DNA of 64,000 bases from contig NC_042997.1 of assembly GCF_006345805.1 (NCBI RefSeq), positions 115,320,001-115,384,000 of the forward strand. The letters are read 5' to 3'. Made by a program: the position numbers and the translations under genes. Below are positions 26,357-40,112 of this stretch, piece after piece. A model generated the notes under the pieces. That model did no database searches, was not told where the DNA came from, and worked only from the letters and a program-made list of their open reading frames with translations. The stretch comes from Octopus sinensis. Taxonomy: Eukaryota. Each line of letters opens with the position of its first letter. Within the stretch, counting starts at the first letter, position 1.

Positions 26357-26522
26357 GGGTGAAATATAATTAATTTAAAAATCAACAAATTTCACCTAGT
26401 AGCACTTCGGTGGCTGCTATTTCTAAAATTTTCGGTATGTGGTCAAACAACTTGTTGCAAAGACCCTTATTGTTATAATTATATATATATACTATATACA
26501 TACATATATATATATATATATA

Positions 26523-26586
<64 letters not shown>

Positions 26587-26866
26587 AAATAATATTTTTT
26601 TATGGAGGCAACACATGCGGAGTCTAAAAGAACATAATTAAAATACACATTCGAAACTGATATAGATATATATATTCTTTATAAAATGGGAATAAAAATT
26701 CCAAAATACATAAATATACATAAATAGACAAATGCCGATGCAATACATAAAACACGATTGAATTTAAGAAAAATTTCTTTTGTAAGTACATTTAAAATTA
26801 TAATACTTTAGTACGATGACGGTTTGTCCGGTCCTCGTATGTAGATGTGTGTTCGAACTTTGTGTA

Positions 26867-26946
26867 ACATTCTGATGAGGGGAATGCTATAATAATATGA
26901 AATATGTCATATACCATGGCACATCTCTGAAACGACCTGTAGATGT
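26867..26946 (+). ncRNA. Type-I hammerhead-like motif with long stem II
   Basis: ACATT-CTGATGA-G GGGAATG...CATCTCT-GAA-ACG(acc)TGT-A-GATGT. Confidence 0.45.
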
Positions 26947-27340
26947 AATCACTATATTTTTTCTTTCGCTGTTTTTAGTATGTCTCTTTATTATTTAAGC
27001 ATCTCAAGAAAAAATTTTTAATTTCATCATACTAAGTATTATAATTTTAAATGTAATTACAAAAGAAATGTTTCTTTAATTCAATCGTGTTTTATGTATT
27101 ACATTGACATTTGTCTATTTATGTATATTTATATATTCTGAGATTTTTATTTGCATTTTATAGAGAATATATATATTCATATAAGTTTCGAATGGTGTAT
27201 TTCAATTATGTCCTTTTAGACTCCACATGTGTTGCCTCCATAAAAAAATATTATTTTGAATATAGCTCACAACGAGTTCTACTTCTTCCTGTCTGTATAT
27301 TAATGGGAGTTATTGTTAACATTAACAAGCTCTAAAATAA

Positions 27341-27447
<107 letters not shown>

Positions 27448-27563
27448 GTATATATATATACATACATACACACATATATATACACATATATATATATGTA
27501 TTCATGTTCGAGCTTATTGTTCCCTTATGGCCAGATGTTTCAACTCTCGTTTCTACGGAGAAG

Positions 27564-27628
<65 letters not shown>

Positions 27629-27897
27629 GACATTTATGCATTTTTCTATGTATGTAATCAAAAATTAATTACTTCCGATTCTGTTTCAGCAACTTCTCGT
27701 CTGCGATGAAATGTTATCGATCTTGATCAATTTCCAATCACCTTCGTTTCTCTTCATCTATTTACAATGACCTTTCTTTAATTTGGTGCAATCGATTCCA
27801 TTAATTATATGAAAATTTCTCTTCTGCTTGATCCAAATTAAAATATCATAATCGTGATCATTATTATCACTGCCTTCATCTTCATTGTCACCATACC

Positions 27898-27964
<67 letters not shown>

Positions 27965-28121
27965 GCAAGAGTTGATGGATTGGTAGACCGCTGGGCAAGT
28001 ATGTTCGATATCTGAATGTTATTGGTGTTATCAAGCTTGACAAATATGGCGTCAAATACTCTTTCTTCACTGCCAAAATTCTCCTCAGTATGTTGATGCC
28101 ATTTGTCTGACCATCTTCCAA
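27965..28121 (-). mobile_element. 157-bp 3' terminus of an RLE-type retrotransposon within (TAA)n
   Basis: Flanked by (TTA)n on both sides; encodes GINILRRILAV, resembling RLE ORF C-termini (compare GTSLVLRRALSM at 10180). Confidence 0.5.
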
Positions 28122-28184
<63 letters not shown>

Positions 28185-28542
28185 GATATTATCATTATGT
28201 CTAACATACATCGCTTGTTGCTGGGGGTGTCATTACCGTAACGTCCTTAATGATTTTCTTAATATAAAAACCCTTTGTGGTTAATAAAAAAAATCACCAC
28301 CACCACCACCATCATCATCATCATTTATTTATTCATTTTAGTTGTCTTGATTTTATTGGGTGCTGTTGTTAATCACGGCTTTGCGTACCCTGTTTTGTGT
28401 TTTCCAATGTGCTAGAATTAATCTATATTAAAACATGCTTGTACTGTTATTTTATGCGTGTTGGATATGCGCAAATCTTGGTGATGGTGATGGGCATATA
28501 TGAATTTTTTCTGTCATTCTCATTGGTACGTATCCCACTGAT

Positions 28543-28915
28543 CAGTCACGAGCAAACTGCAGCCCGCGGGACTTTCTGAATGGCATGCCTGATGAAAAGT
28601 TACCTACAAGCTTTTAGTAGTGCGATCCAACATGTCTCATGCAACCCGCCTATCTCATCCGGCCCACCATGTCTCATGCGGTCCGCCGTGTCTCATTTGG
28701 CCTGCCATATCAAATCCGGCCTGCCATGTCTCAATCGGTCCGTTATGTCTCATTCGGCCCACCATGTCTCATCCGGCTCGCCATGTCCCATGCGGCTCGC
28801 CATGTCTCATGCAGCCCCCATGTCTCATGCGTCCCGCTATGTCTCATGAGGCCCACCATGTCTCATGAGACCCGCCATGTCTCATGCAGCCTTCCATGTC
28901 TCTTACGGCCCGCTT
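28543..28915 (+). repeat. hAT-like terminus followed by a degenerate 19-bp minisatellite (ccatgtctcatgcggcccg, ~15 copies)
   Basis: cagtcacgagcaaactgcagcccgcggg at 28543; tandem units ~28629-28915. Confidence 0.7.
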
Positions 28916-31277
28916 CTCGAGGAAGCTTGCTTATGCCTGCCATAGATAGATACCTTAAGAACGAGACTATAATGACCCCTGCTTGTGCTCAATCGCTGTT
29001 TTTTTTTTATTGTTGTAAGTTTTATTTTATATAATTTATTTTTCTATTTCCAATCCACACGTTGTGTATATATTGGTTTTAAATTTTTGCACAAGACCAG
29101 AAATTCCGGGGGGCGGTGAGGTTGTAAATCGATTACATCGACCTCAGTGTTCAGCTGGTACTTATTTTATCGATCCCGAAATGATGAATGGCTAACTCGA
29201 CCCGGCGGCGTTTGAACACAGGACATAAAGTCGACTTTGCCTTTCATGAGTCGATAAAATAAGGACCAGCTGAACATTGGGATTGATTAGCACCCCCATC
29301 AAATTTTAGGCCTTCTGTTTATAATAGAAAGGTTTATTCGTATTATCGCCATCATCTTTATTGTTATATGCTACGACATGATAAAATATAAAGATCTACT
29401 TCATAAACCGACACACTCCGACACATTAAGTGGTGTCTATGCTACACGATAAAATACGTATGTTGTCCAATGTGGTTCATGGTAAGCTCAGTGTGTTGTG
29501 TTCATGACGTTGTCTTGTGTGAGATATGAAGAAATGGATGGAGACTGTGGCGTAACAGAATATAAATGAGTCTATTTTCGAACTATTATATTCATTGAAT
29601 GTTAGATAAAATGGTTGTTTATCTTCAGTTCAGTCATTTAATTATCGGGAAATTACTTCAGTAACCAGCAAATTACACTGACCTTAGATTTTAATAGAGC
29701 TATTTTCAAAGTCATTAACGACTTTCTAAACCTGTTTTATCATTTACTTCTGGAGAAGAAGCAGCCATTTTCGTTCACTGAATGATTTTGTTTTTGTTAT
29801 TTTTAAGTTTGACCTTCAACGTCGATAAAAGTTAGACAGTTTTACCAGTTTTGTTTGTTTGTTTTTTTTTTCCTTTTTTGTTTGCACAGAAGTTTTTTTT
29901 CTTTCATTGTCAGTTACGAACGATCAATCAATTGAATTCTCACTTTCTTTTTTTTTGTTTCGTTTTTATTTGATTGCTGATTTATCTGGTGAGATAAACG
30001 TCGACTGAACAAACTGATAAATAGTTTTGATTCCCGAGAACTCATTGTTCTGCGATGGAATTGATGAGGCTTAAGAGAATTCAGTGAAAAATCTGATCGA
30101 TACTCTCTTATTCACACCAGACGAAACCATATCGAAAAATAAGAGCTTGAATGGGTTAAATTCTGTAAATAAATGCATCAATCATGTATCCATTGTTGTG
30201 AAGCGTCTTTCTTGTTTGTTATATTTCATTTATTTTGCCCTTTCTGTTCATTTTAATGCATGACAACAAAGTATGTTTAGCTTGGAATGTGTGTTTGTAA
30301 AATGTTGATTGGGTTTGTCACAAAAAATAATGAAAAAAATAACCTACAATTACAATTACTTTATCATCATCGTTACCTCTTATAGTCGCTCCTCTCGATA
30401 CAATAATTATCATTTTCATTTCATAGGAATATGAAACAGAGTCAAATTAGATATTTCGGAAAAAAAATGTCCGTTTTTCAAAAACTGTCTATATTTCCAA
30501 CCAGCATTATAGAATTAACAGCATTATAGGCCCTGAATAAAGCAATGTCCTGGAGCCTATAGTGTTTATTAATTGACAGAAAGCTGCAGCATACCTAGCA
30601 TTGGGCTTCCCTTTGAACTATGGGTCCCTCAGTCAACTGACCGGTGTATTCATGCCTACAAGTAGCACTGTTCACCCGATGATAAATTTCGAATCTGTTT
30701 CAAGCTGATTGACGACACAGAAATGTCCAGTGTTTTTTGTGGTAAATCTTCATGTTGCTGATCAATATGCCTCTATGGTAAAAAACAATGAACAACTGAT
30801 TATTGCATTAATTAGTTATTCTATTATAAAGCACAGTATCTATAGGCTCAGCTGTAAGGGAACTTCTGCGGAATCACTCGACATAGAGAAATAACAACCA
30901 AACTTTCTTCAAATCACACACTGATATTGCGTTAGGAGACGTGAGACATATTAGAAAGTGCAGTCCTAGGTGAGTTGTGCAGGAAAAAAAAAATGACTGA
31001 TCATAGGTCTATTGGGTCAGCGTTAACCTGTGGTTTAAACAACACAATTATACAAGGACAAGTCAATAACGGCTCAAAACAAACAGCTTCCTATGCCACA
31101 CATCACACATCAGCCCCCAAAACCCAGCAATCTGAAAGTCTACGCTTAAATATGACATCATATCTATGTCTTTCATACATCAGACATTATTTATTATCAA
31201 AAACTCTATATTGTTGAAATAACGTGGTACTATTATTACGAATGTTGATAGAAGAGTATATATATATATATATATAT

Positions 31278-31590
31278 AGGGAGAATTCACAAAAAACAAA
31301 AGACGAAGACAGGTGGTGTAGACAACAAACAGATGTATTAGTATAACGCTTGGGAAGTGAAAAAGTCTTTAACGTTTCGAGCCTACGCTCTTCCACAGGA
31401 AGGAACACAGAAAGAAACAAGTAGAGAAAATAAAATAATGTGTAGTGGCTAGCGATCTATCATGGCGAATGCCGGACAGAAGGGTCACACAGGAGACCTA
31501 GGGAGAAAGGGAGATAATAAAGCAGTGGTGATCCCAAAACGAAGGTGCGCGTGCGTGTGTATGAGAGTTTGTATTATGCGCGTGTGGAAA
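31278..31590 (-). mobile_element. Family F hammerhead-like short element between (TA)n tracts
   Basis: Minus strand CTGTGGAAGAGCGTAGGCTCGAAACGTT; shares sequence with 18632-18790 and 46637-46840. Confidence 0.7.
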
Positions 31591-31599
31591 GGGCTGGTG

Positions 31600-31665
<66 letters not shown>

Positions 31666-32067
31666 ATACATATATATATATTTATGAACATACTTGCTAA
31701 GAGTGGGGTGGAATGCGAATGCATAAAGGGCCACTTGGTAGTTACGGTTGACCTGGTCTTTAACAACACCGACAGCAAGTTCAGGTTCAATGCTAGAGGA
31801 AGTCTCAAAATAAATAGCTTGGAAAAGGTCTAAACGCCACAAATACCCACTTTTAATAATAATAATAATAATAAAAATCTTTTTTTACTAAAGGCATGAG
31901 GTCTGAAATTTTGGGGAGGGTTGGCTAGTCGATTATATCGATTCCAGTGCATAACTGGTACTTATTTCATCGATCTCGAAAGGATGAAAGGCAAAGTCAA
32001 CCTCGGCAGAATTTGAACTCAGAACGAAAAGACGGATGAAATACCTGTAAGCATTTTTGCCCGACGT

Positions 32068-32113
<46 letters not shown>

Positions 32114-32134
32114 TAATAATAATAATAATAATAA

Positions 32135-32782
32135 ATGCCCTGATGCAGTACCAGGCAATGGCTCTCATGGTTTCTGATCTTAACTGATTGGAAGTGTTAT
32201 CATGTACATTGTTTTGTCTTGGTATAAAAGATGGGCTACAGCAAATATTCTGCTCAATACCACAGATTTGCTTGTCAGTTGTTTGACCTTAACCAGTTGA
32301 GCATGTCCCTTAGTGGCTGACGATATGTGCATCTCTGATCACGAGCAGAAGTAGTGGGGGGCATCATAGCCATGTGTTGAGAGGGATTCTTTGGGTTTGA
32401 ATAATTCACCTCTGGAAACATGGGTGGTTCTTTCAACATCCTTAAACAACCCTTATTCAGGGACCGCTTGAGCGGGATGGGCTACTCAACCTGAAGAAAA
32501 TTCTAACTGGGCCCCACCTGCAAGGTCATGTGCTGTTTATCTTGATATGAGATCACCATGTCGCGCACATATGGTTGTGATGCATGTGCCTGGTGTACCC
32601 TTATCAGACGGGTAGTCATGATGGGTATCGACTTTTGGGGTTCGTATTGGGCTTCGTATATTTTACCTGGTGTACCCTTATCAGACGGGTAGTCATGATG
32701 GGTATCGACTTTTGGGGTTCGTATTGGGCTTCGTATATTTTACCCCAGTGTCACTTTGATGGCATGAACTGCTCTCTCACTC
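32135..32782 (+). mobile_element. ~650-bp retroelement 3' portion inserted in (TAA)n, with an exact internal 77-bp tandem duplication
   Basis: (AAT)n on both sides; cctggtgtacccttatcagacggg...ttttacc starts at both 32589 and 32666. Confidence 0.55.
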
Positions 32783-32801
32783 AATAATAATAATAATAAT
32801 A

Positions 32802-32837
<36 letters not shown>

Positions 32838-33119
32838 TGATGATGATGATGATGATAATGATGATGATGATGATAATGATAATAAAATTAATAATAATTC
32901 TCAAAAACATGAATTTCTTTGTGAATAACAAGAGCTAATCCATTTTAAAGAATCGATAATTATCAACAGAACGGCTGCATTGATTTTAAATCGCATAATT
33001 AGCATCGAGGTTTTAGATGAGCACCACACAATGTCACGTGAGACATTTTAAAACTACATAAATTATATGTATATATATGTGTGCACATATATATATATAT
33101 GTATATATATTATATATAT

Positions 33120-33164
<45 letters not shown>

Positions 33165-33318
33165 GTATGTATATATAACTATATGTATTTGTATGTGTAT
33201 ATATACATGCATATATGTATATGTGTATATATGGATATATGTGCATATATATGTGTATATATGTATATATATGGGTGTGTATATATGTATGTATATATAT
33301 ATATGTTTGCATATATAT

Positions 33319-33370
<52 letters not shown>

Positions 33371-34387
33371 ATATGATGCCTGCATCTACTTTGATGCGAT
33401 TGATTATCTCCCCATCTCAAGGCCAGTGTTTGAAGTTTTATTATTAATTTTTTTTTGTTTTTAGTTACTCTGGTACACGGAGAGATAATCTGTCACTGGG
33501 TTAAAATAGGATAGGAAAAGAGAGAAAGAGAGGGAGAAACGCAGAGAGGCAAGAGTGGACAAGAGAGAGAGAGAGAGAGAGAGAGAGGGGGAGAGAGAGG
33601 GAGAAAGAGAGAGAGAGATTAGTGGGTGAATATATTTAGTCAAAACTTAATTCTAAGCGGATTCGTTGGGATTCTGGGTGGTGTTTTTTTTCTGTTTTCA
33701 AAAGTCGATTATTAACTAACCTTATGATCTCAAATAAGGTTACTTGTAGGTTATGTAGAGGAAGTGGTAGTGGTGGTGGTGGTGGTGTCGGCGGCAGCGG
33801 CGGCGGTGGTGGTAGTCGTGTTTGTATTAAAAAAACACAGTGACGAAATAGCGATACTGAGAAAATATCAATTGTAACGTAAGAGAGAAGACGCCGCTGG
33901 GGAGTGTGCCTTGTTGGTGCACTAGGTTGAAAAAAACTTTTTTGTCGAATGTTTCGACCCTTGGACTTATTTTTAAAAATCTGGTACTTATTTTATAGGT
34001 GTCTTTTTGCCGAACCGCTATTTTACGGGGATGGAAACACACCAGCGTGGGTTGTCAAGCGGCGGTGGTGGGTGTCAAATACGGACACAAAGATGCATAC
34101 ACACCTACCGCCCCCTTCCACACAAACAGAGGTTTCTTTCAGTTTCCATCTACCAAATCCACTCACAAGGCTTTGGTCGGTTCGAGGCTATAGTAGAAGA
34201 CATTTGTCCAAGGTTCCACGCAGTGGCACTGAACCCGGAACCATGTGGTTGGGCAGTGAACTTCTTACCACACAGCCACGCCTTCACTCCACCTCTCTCT
34301 CTCTCAGTCTTTCCCTCTCAGTCTCTCTCGCCCTCTTTCAGTTTCTCTCTCTTTCTCTCTCTCAGTCTTTCTCTGTCTGTCTCTCTC

Positions 34388-34471
<84 letters not shown>

Positions 34472-34475
<4 letters not shown>

Positions 34476-35713
34476 GTCATCCATAAGTTCAGTCCGAATT
34501 TTGAATAAAGAAAACAAGTGATCAAATGTTATATTTAATTGGAACTTAATCATCAATGTACTTTCCCTGATTATCTATGACTTCCTTCCATCTATTTACA
34601 AGCTTTTTAATCCCATCAATGCAAAACTCTGGAGTTACGCAAAATCCTTTGAAACCGAAGAACTCTGTAATGTCAGTTTTGACCGCATCCTGGCTTGCGA
34701 AAGATATGTTCCTGAAATGATTCTGTAAACTACGAAACAAATGGTAGTCTGAAAGAGCAAGGTAGATGAGGAATTTTTTTCCAACCAAGATCTTCTGTGA
34801 TGTGATCTTTACAGTGTGGGGTCGCACATTGTCCTGATGAAACATCACTCCTTTTCGATTCACTAAAGTGGGTATTTTTTCTTCAAAGCTTGGTTCAAAC
34901 GCTCTAATTGCTGACAGTAGACTAGAGTATTGATTGTTGCATTAGGTGGTAACAATTCAAAGCGAATTACTCTTTTGCAATCCCACCAGATAGAGAGAAG
35001 AATCTTTTTCCCATGAAGTTCCCTTCTCGGTTGTGGTTGAGCTTTTTCCCTTTTACCAAGCCACTATTACGACGTTTAACATTTCGATAGAAGATCCATT
35101 TTTTGTTACCAGTCACAAAAAGGGGGAAATGAGTTCGCGAGGATGGAGAGAAGAGCAGATGTCAACTCGGGATTTGCGGTTGCTTTCGAACAATTCATGA
35201 GGCACCTATTATCCAAGTTTAGGTACCTTTCCAAGTTGTTGAAAATGACGATGAACAGTTGTATGGTTTGAACTAAACTTTATTGCCAATTCTTCAAATG
35301 ATAATACAGGATTTTCTTCAATGCCTCAAGGAGCTTATCATGAAACTCAACTGGACGTCCTGTTCGATCTTCATCATCAAGGCTGAAATCTCTACTTCTG
35401 AATTTTGCAAACCATCTTCTGCTTTCATTCAAGCATTCTTTCCTATTAATGAGTGTATGATTCGAGTCACTTCAGCAGCAGAGTTTCCTTTTCTGTACTC
35501 ATAAAGCATAATGTGCCTCAAATGCTCTTTGGATACTTCCATGTTAGAAAGGGTTTTAATCAAAGACATTTTAATTCCATTATTCTGTAAAATAATACTT
35601 AATTACTTTAAATGTACACAAATGCATAGAATAATTTTAAATTTCATTAGACATTCTAAAATACTATTAAATTTCATTAAATTTTAAAACAGGACAGAAA
35701 TTTTAAAATCTGA
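34472..35713 (-). mobile_element. Decayed mariner (DD34D) transposon
   Basis: 34546-34863: FHQDNVRPHT...LALSDYHLFRSLQN...GIKKLVNRWKEVIDNQGKYIDD; N-terminal MEVSKEHLRHIMLYEYRKG near 35540; degenerate TIRs, TA flanks, ~1.24 kb. Confidence 0.85.
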
Positions 35714-36506
35714 TATATAAATATATATATATATACCTTATTTGCGTCGATGTGTGTGTATGTGTGTGTGCGTGCCCTAAAATTAGACCTTTCTTTTTCA
35801 GTATGGCATTACGACATATTGGTTCCAAGTTTTGGCACCAGGCCAGCAATTTTCTTTTGAGGTGGGGTGGGGTGTTTAAGCCGATCGCAGCAACCCCAGT
35901 GTTCAACCAGTACTTATTGTATCGACACCGAAATGATGAAAGGCAATAAATCGACTTCGGCGGAATTTGAACTCAGAACGTAGAGACAGACGAAATGCCG
36001 CTAAGCATTTTGCCCAGCATTCTAACGATTCTGCCAACACGTCGCCTTAGTAAGGCATTAAGATATAAGTTCTGATCAAAGCAGAGCTATAATGAAAAGG
36101 CATTCCGTTTGTGACCATCCCGTCAATTGTCTCTAAGATATCCAGTGTGTCACGTTTATCTATTTATTTTTAAAAAAGTTATTAAGGGTTTTGTGAGCTT
36201 TTAAAGTTTTAAGGGTTGATTCTTGGTAGGTTCGTCAATTATTTCAAGCAGTCCGAGCAACAGGGTCGGTGTCTTTAACTCACTCAAGTAAAATATGTTA
36301 TTTAAACAGGATTTATGTTGAATAACGTAGCAGTACGATACTACTGAAAATGATAAAGTCAGTTTATATTTTGCTCGTCCCTCTGTTACATTTTTTTTCT
36401 TAGGAAGGGTTCTCTCTTCCCTATGTAAGGGTTACCACATTGAACTACGACCAGATGATTTTAAACAGATACGATTCCTACAGAAAACAGCAACAGCTGC
36501 AGCAGT

Positions 36507-36538
<32 letters not shown>

Positions 36539-37002
36539 CCGCACCAACAACAACAACAACACTAGTAACAAGGGGTTACTAACTTAAAATATGAAACTAC
36601 TAATTATTTACTGATTCTTCTATCGCTACTTAGGCAAATACGGCGAAATCTGTTTCACTGAAGAGGTCTGATAATACTGGAACATGTCTGGAGTTGTCCC
36701 CTCCTACTTATCTAAATACCGAAAAAATATAATTAATCAAATGAGCAATGAGCTAATCCTCCCCTCTCACTATATTAATATTACTGTTTCGTTTTGTACT
36801 ACTCCCAGCATTATATGTATGTTATCACTGGCTTAACTTATATTTATTCAAAACTGTACATGAAACAAAGTTGCTTCCAGTGGGAATCGAAATCGCATCT
36901 TTTTTTATCTTTTTATTGATTAGAGAGATGAAGTTTTAATGACAACGGTGTTTGTACATTATTTGCATTTGACGGATATTTATCCTCATCTAGTTTGTTG
37001 TT

Positions 37003-37048
37003 AACACAACGTTTCGGCTAATATACTCTCCAGCCTTCATCAGGTGTC
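37003..37048 (-). ncRNA. Minimal type-I hammerhead ribozyme motif (Penelope-type)
   Basis: Minus strand: GACAC-CUGAUGA-A-GGCU(12-nt loop)AGCC-GAA-ACGU-U-GUGUU. Confidence 0.7.
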
Positions 37049-38110
37049 TTGGGGAGATTTCGAACCCGAGTTCTCATTCCTAAGGTATCCGCCAAATGTA
37101 AATAATGTAAACAAAGTAAATAATGTACATAATTCCTCATCTCTTAAATATAGAACTGAACGATGTTTGTCACCACCACCACCACCACTTCTATAGTAGA
37201 AGATACTTGCCCAAGGTGCCACGCAATGGGACTGAACCCAGAACAATGTGATCGGGAAGCTAGCTTCTTACCTGAGCCTAATTAACAGCCACACCTGAGC
37301 CTAATTAACATAAATTATTCAAAAGGTCTACATGAGAAATAAACGTAGTTTTGTTGTAATTCAACAGACACGGTTATCCTCATCCAATTGAAGCGATTTA
37401 TTATAGATTCATTTAAATGTATCTGGCATATGAATCAATCCAGCGGTGAATTTTATTAATACTCAAATCCATTAATTCGATAATCCTCCACAAGTGGAAC
37501 TTGAGGCAAGGGCGTTGTTAATTTATGTCATGTTCGGTTGTTAAGTCGAAGGTAGACAAATCTAACAGAGAGAAATGCGTGTATATATATGCACACACAC
37601 ACACACACACACGCGTTAGTATACACACACTCACAGAGGCGTAGCATGGCTGTGTGGTTAAGAAGCTCTTCTTGCGACTGCGTACTTTCGTGTTCAGTCC
37701 TAGTGCACGGCATCTTGGGCTAGTGTTTGTTTTCTAATGTAGGTAACAAATTTTGGCACAAGGCCAGCAATTTCAAAGCAGGTGCGTGTGTGTGTGTGAG
37801 TCGATTACATCGACCTCAGTATTCAGCTGGTACTTTTTTTTCTCGACCTCCGAAGGGATGAAAGGCGAAGTCGACCTCGGCGCAATTCGAACCCAGAACG
37901 TAGAACTCAGAACGACGAAATGCCACTAAGCATTTTTTTTATCCGGCGTGGTAACGATTCCGTCCGCTCTCCGCTCTCAAGTGCTTTCTAATATAGCTGC
38001 GAGCCGACCGATGCTCTGTGACTGAAGTTAATAGCCGGAAACTGTGTGAAGGCCTGTCGTATATGTGTGTATGTGTGACAGAGAGAGAAAAGAGAGAGAG
38101 AGAGAGAGGC

Positions 38111-38146
<36 letters not shown>

Positions 38147-38258
38147 TGTGTGATGTGTGTGTGTGGTGTGTGAAAGAGTGTTAGAGAGAGAGAGAGAGAG
38201 AGAATGTGTGTGTGTGTGTGGTGTATGTGTGTGAAAGAGGGAGAAAGAGAAAGAAAGT

Positions 38259-38315
<57 letters not shown>

Positions 38316-39075
38316 ACGTATGTGTGATGTAGAGAGCCATGTGTTGACTAGCATGGTTGATAGTACACTCAAGCGCCAATTTGGAGACCTGGGTTCGTCT
38401 CACCTGACATCCACATTTCGTCTTTCTTAGATCTGTTTTATTCAGTCCCCACCACCACAACACCATCCTCCCACAAAGCATAGCGGTCAATTGGGAGAGT
38501 TGTGAGAGCGTTGAAGAAACTGCCTCACAGTATTTGTTCCAGTACGTTGCGCTATGAGTTCAAATCCCTCTGAAGTCAGCGCTGCCATTCAGCTTTTCAG
38601 AGATCGATAAAAAAAGTACCAATCATTGACGACGGATTGGCAGAAACGCAAGAGTGTCGGACAAGGTGCTTTGTAGCATCTGTTCCGGCTCTTTATGTTC
38701 TGACAATAACACCTGAGGTGACCCAAGCGCTGAACTATATCAATCCAAGTCTGCGCCTTTTCCTTAGAAACTCGCTTCCAAGGGCCGCTGTTAGCCCTTT
38801 TTATCTTTTGCTATTCGCTTGTTTCACTCATTAGACTGTGGCCAAGCTGGGGCACCGTCTTGAAGAATTTTAGTCGAACGAATCCATTCCAGTACTTGTT
38901 TTTTTTTTTAAATCCCGCTACATATTTTATCGGTCTCTTTTGCCGGACCGCTAGATGGTCAAGTGGTGGTGGAGGACAAACACAAACACAAAGATACACA
39001 CACACACACACACACACACAACACACCACACACACATTTAGATATATATGTGTATATATATATATATATATGTTT

Positions 39076-39115
<40 letters not shown>

Positions 39116-39416
39116 ATATGTCTGTATACATATATATAATTTATATAATGTTTATATATACATGTGGATATATATATATATATATATATAATATATATAT
39201 ATATATATAATTATATATATATATATGTATATGTACATATATGTATATATGTATGTTTTGCAATCAACTTGCATATATATGTGTATATATATATATATAC
39301 ATATATATATATACATATACATATACATATATATATACATATACATATACATATACATATATATATATACATATACATATATATATATATATGTTATATA
39401 TATATATATATACATA

Positions 39417-39458
<42 letters not shown>

Positions 39459-40042
39459 CATACACACACTGTGTGGGGTTTATTAGCCGTTGTGAGAAAA
39501 TTTACAAAGTGTATATTGAAAGGGCTTGTCGACAAGGTACTCTGTATTGCATGTTGGCACAAGCCGAAGCTCTGATAGAAGACCTTTCATCAAGGACGGT
39601 GAGTTAAATGAATCGGTGAAAACTTTTCTGAACTTGCACGATAGAGAAAAGACCGTTTGATGGTAAAAATGTGAACATGTAAATGATGAGTTATGGTTTA
39701 ATTGATGATTGAAAGTAGTGAGATCTTCTCTCAGTAAATATATCAATCTATCTGCATCAAAATATAATCAGAAAGAGCTGGGCGGGAGGCGTGGGTTAAT
39801 GGGAAAAGAGAAAGAGAAGAAAAAACTAGCAAAGAATCAAAAATTAATACAATGCCGGGTAAATATACGTAGTGTAGTGAGCATTAAAAAAGTTAATTAG
39901 AAAAAGCAATATTAGCCAATGGCTATCGGTTTTTATTAAACCAGTACGTATGGGACATAATTTCGGAGATTTTCGCTTTTATAAAACCTCTTCAGCCAAG
40001 CACTGTCTCGGGCGTACTAATATATATATATATATATATATA

Positions 40043-40112
<70 letters not shown>

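Noticed and set aside
28629-28915. CRISPR-like appearance of short repeats (also 50733-52260)
   Set aside because: Units are contiguous with no unique spacers, there are no cas genes, and the context is eukaryotic
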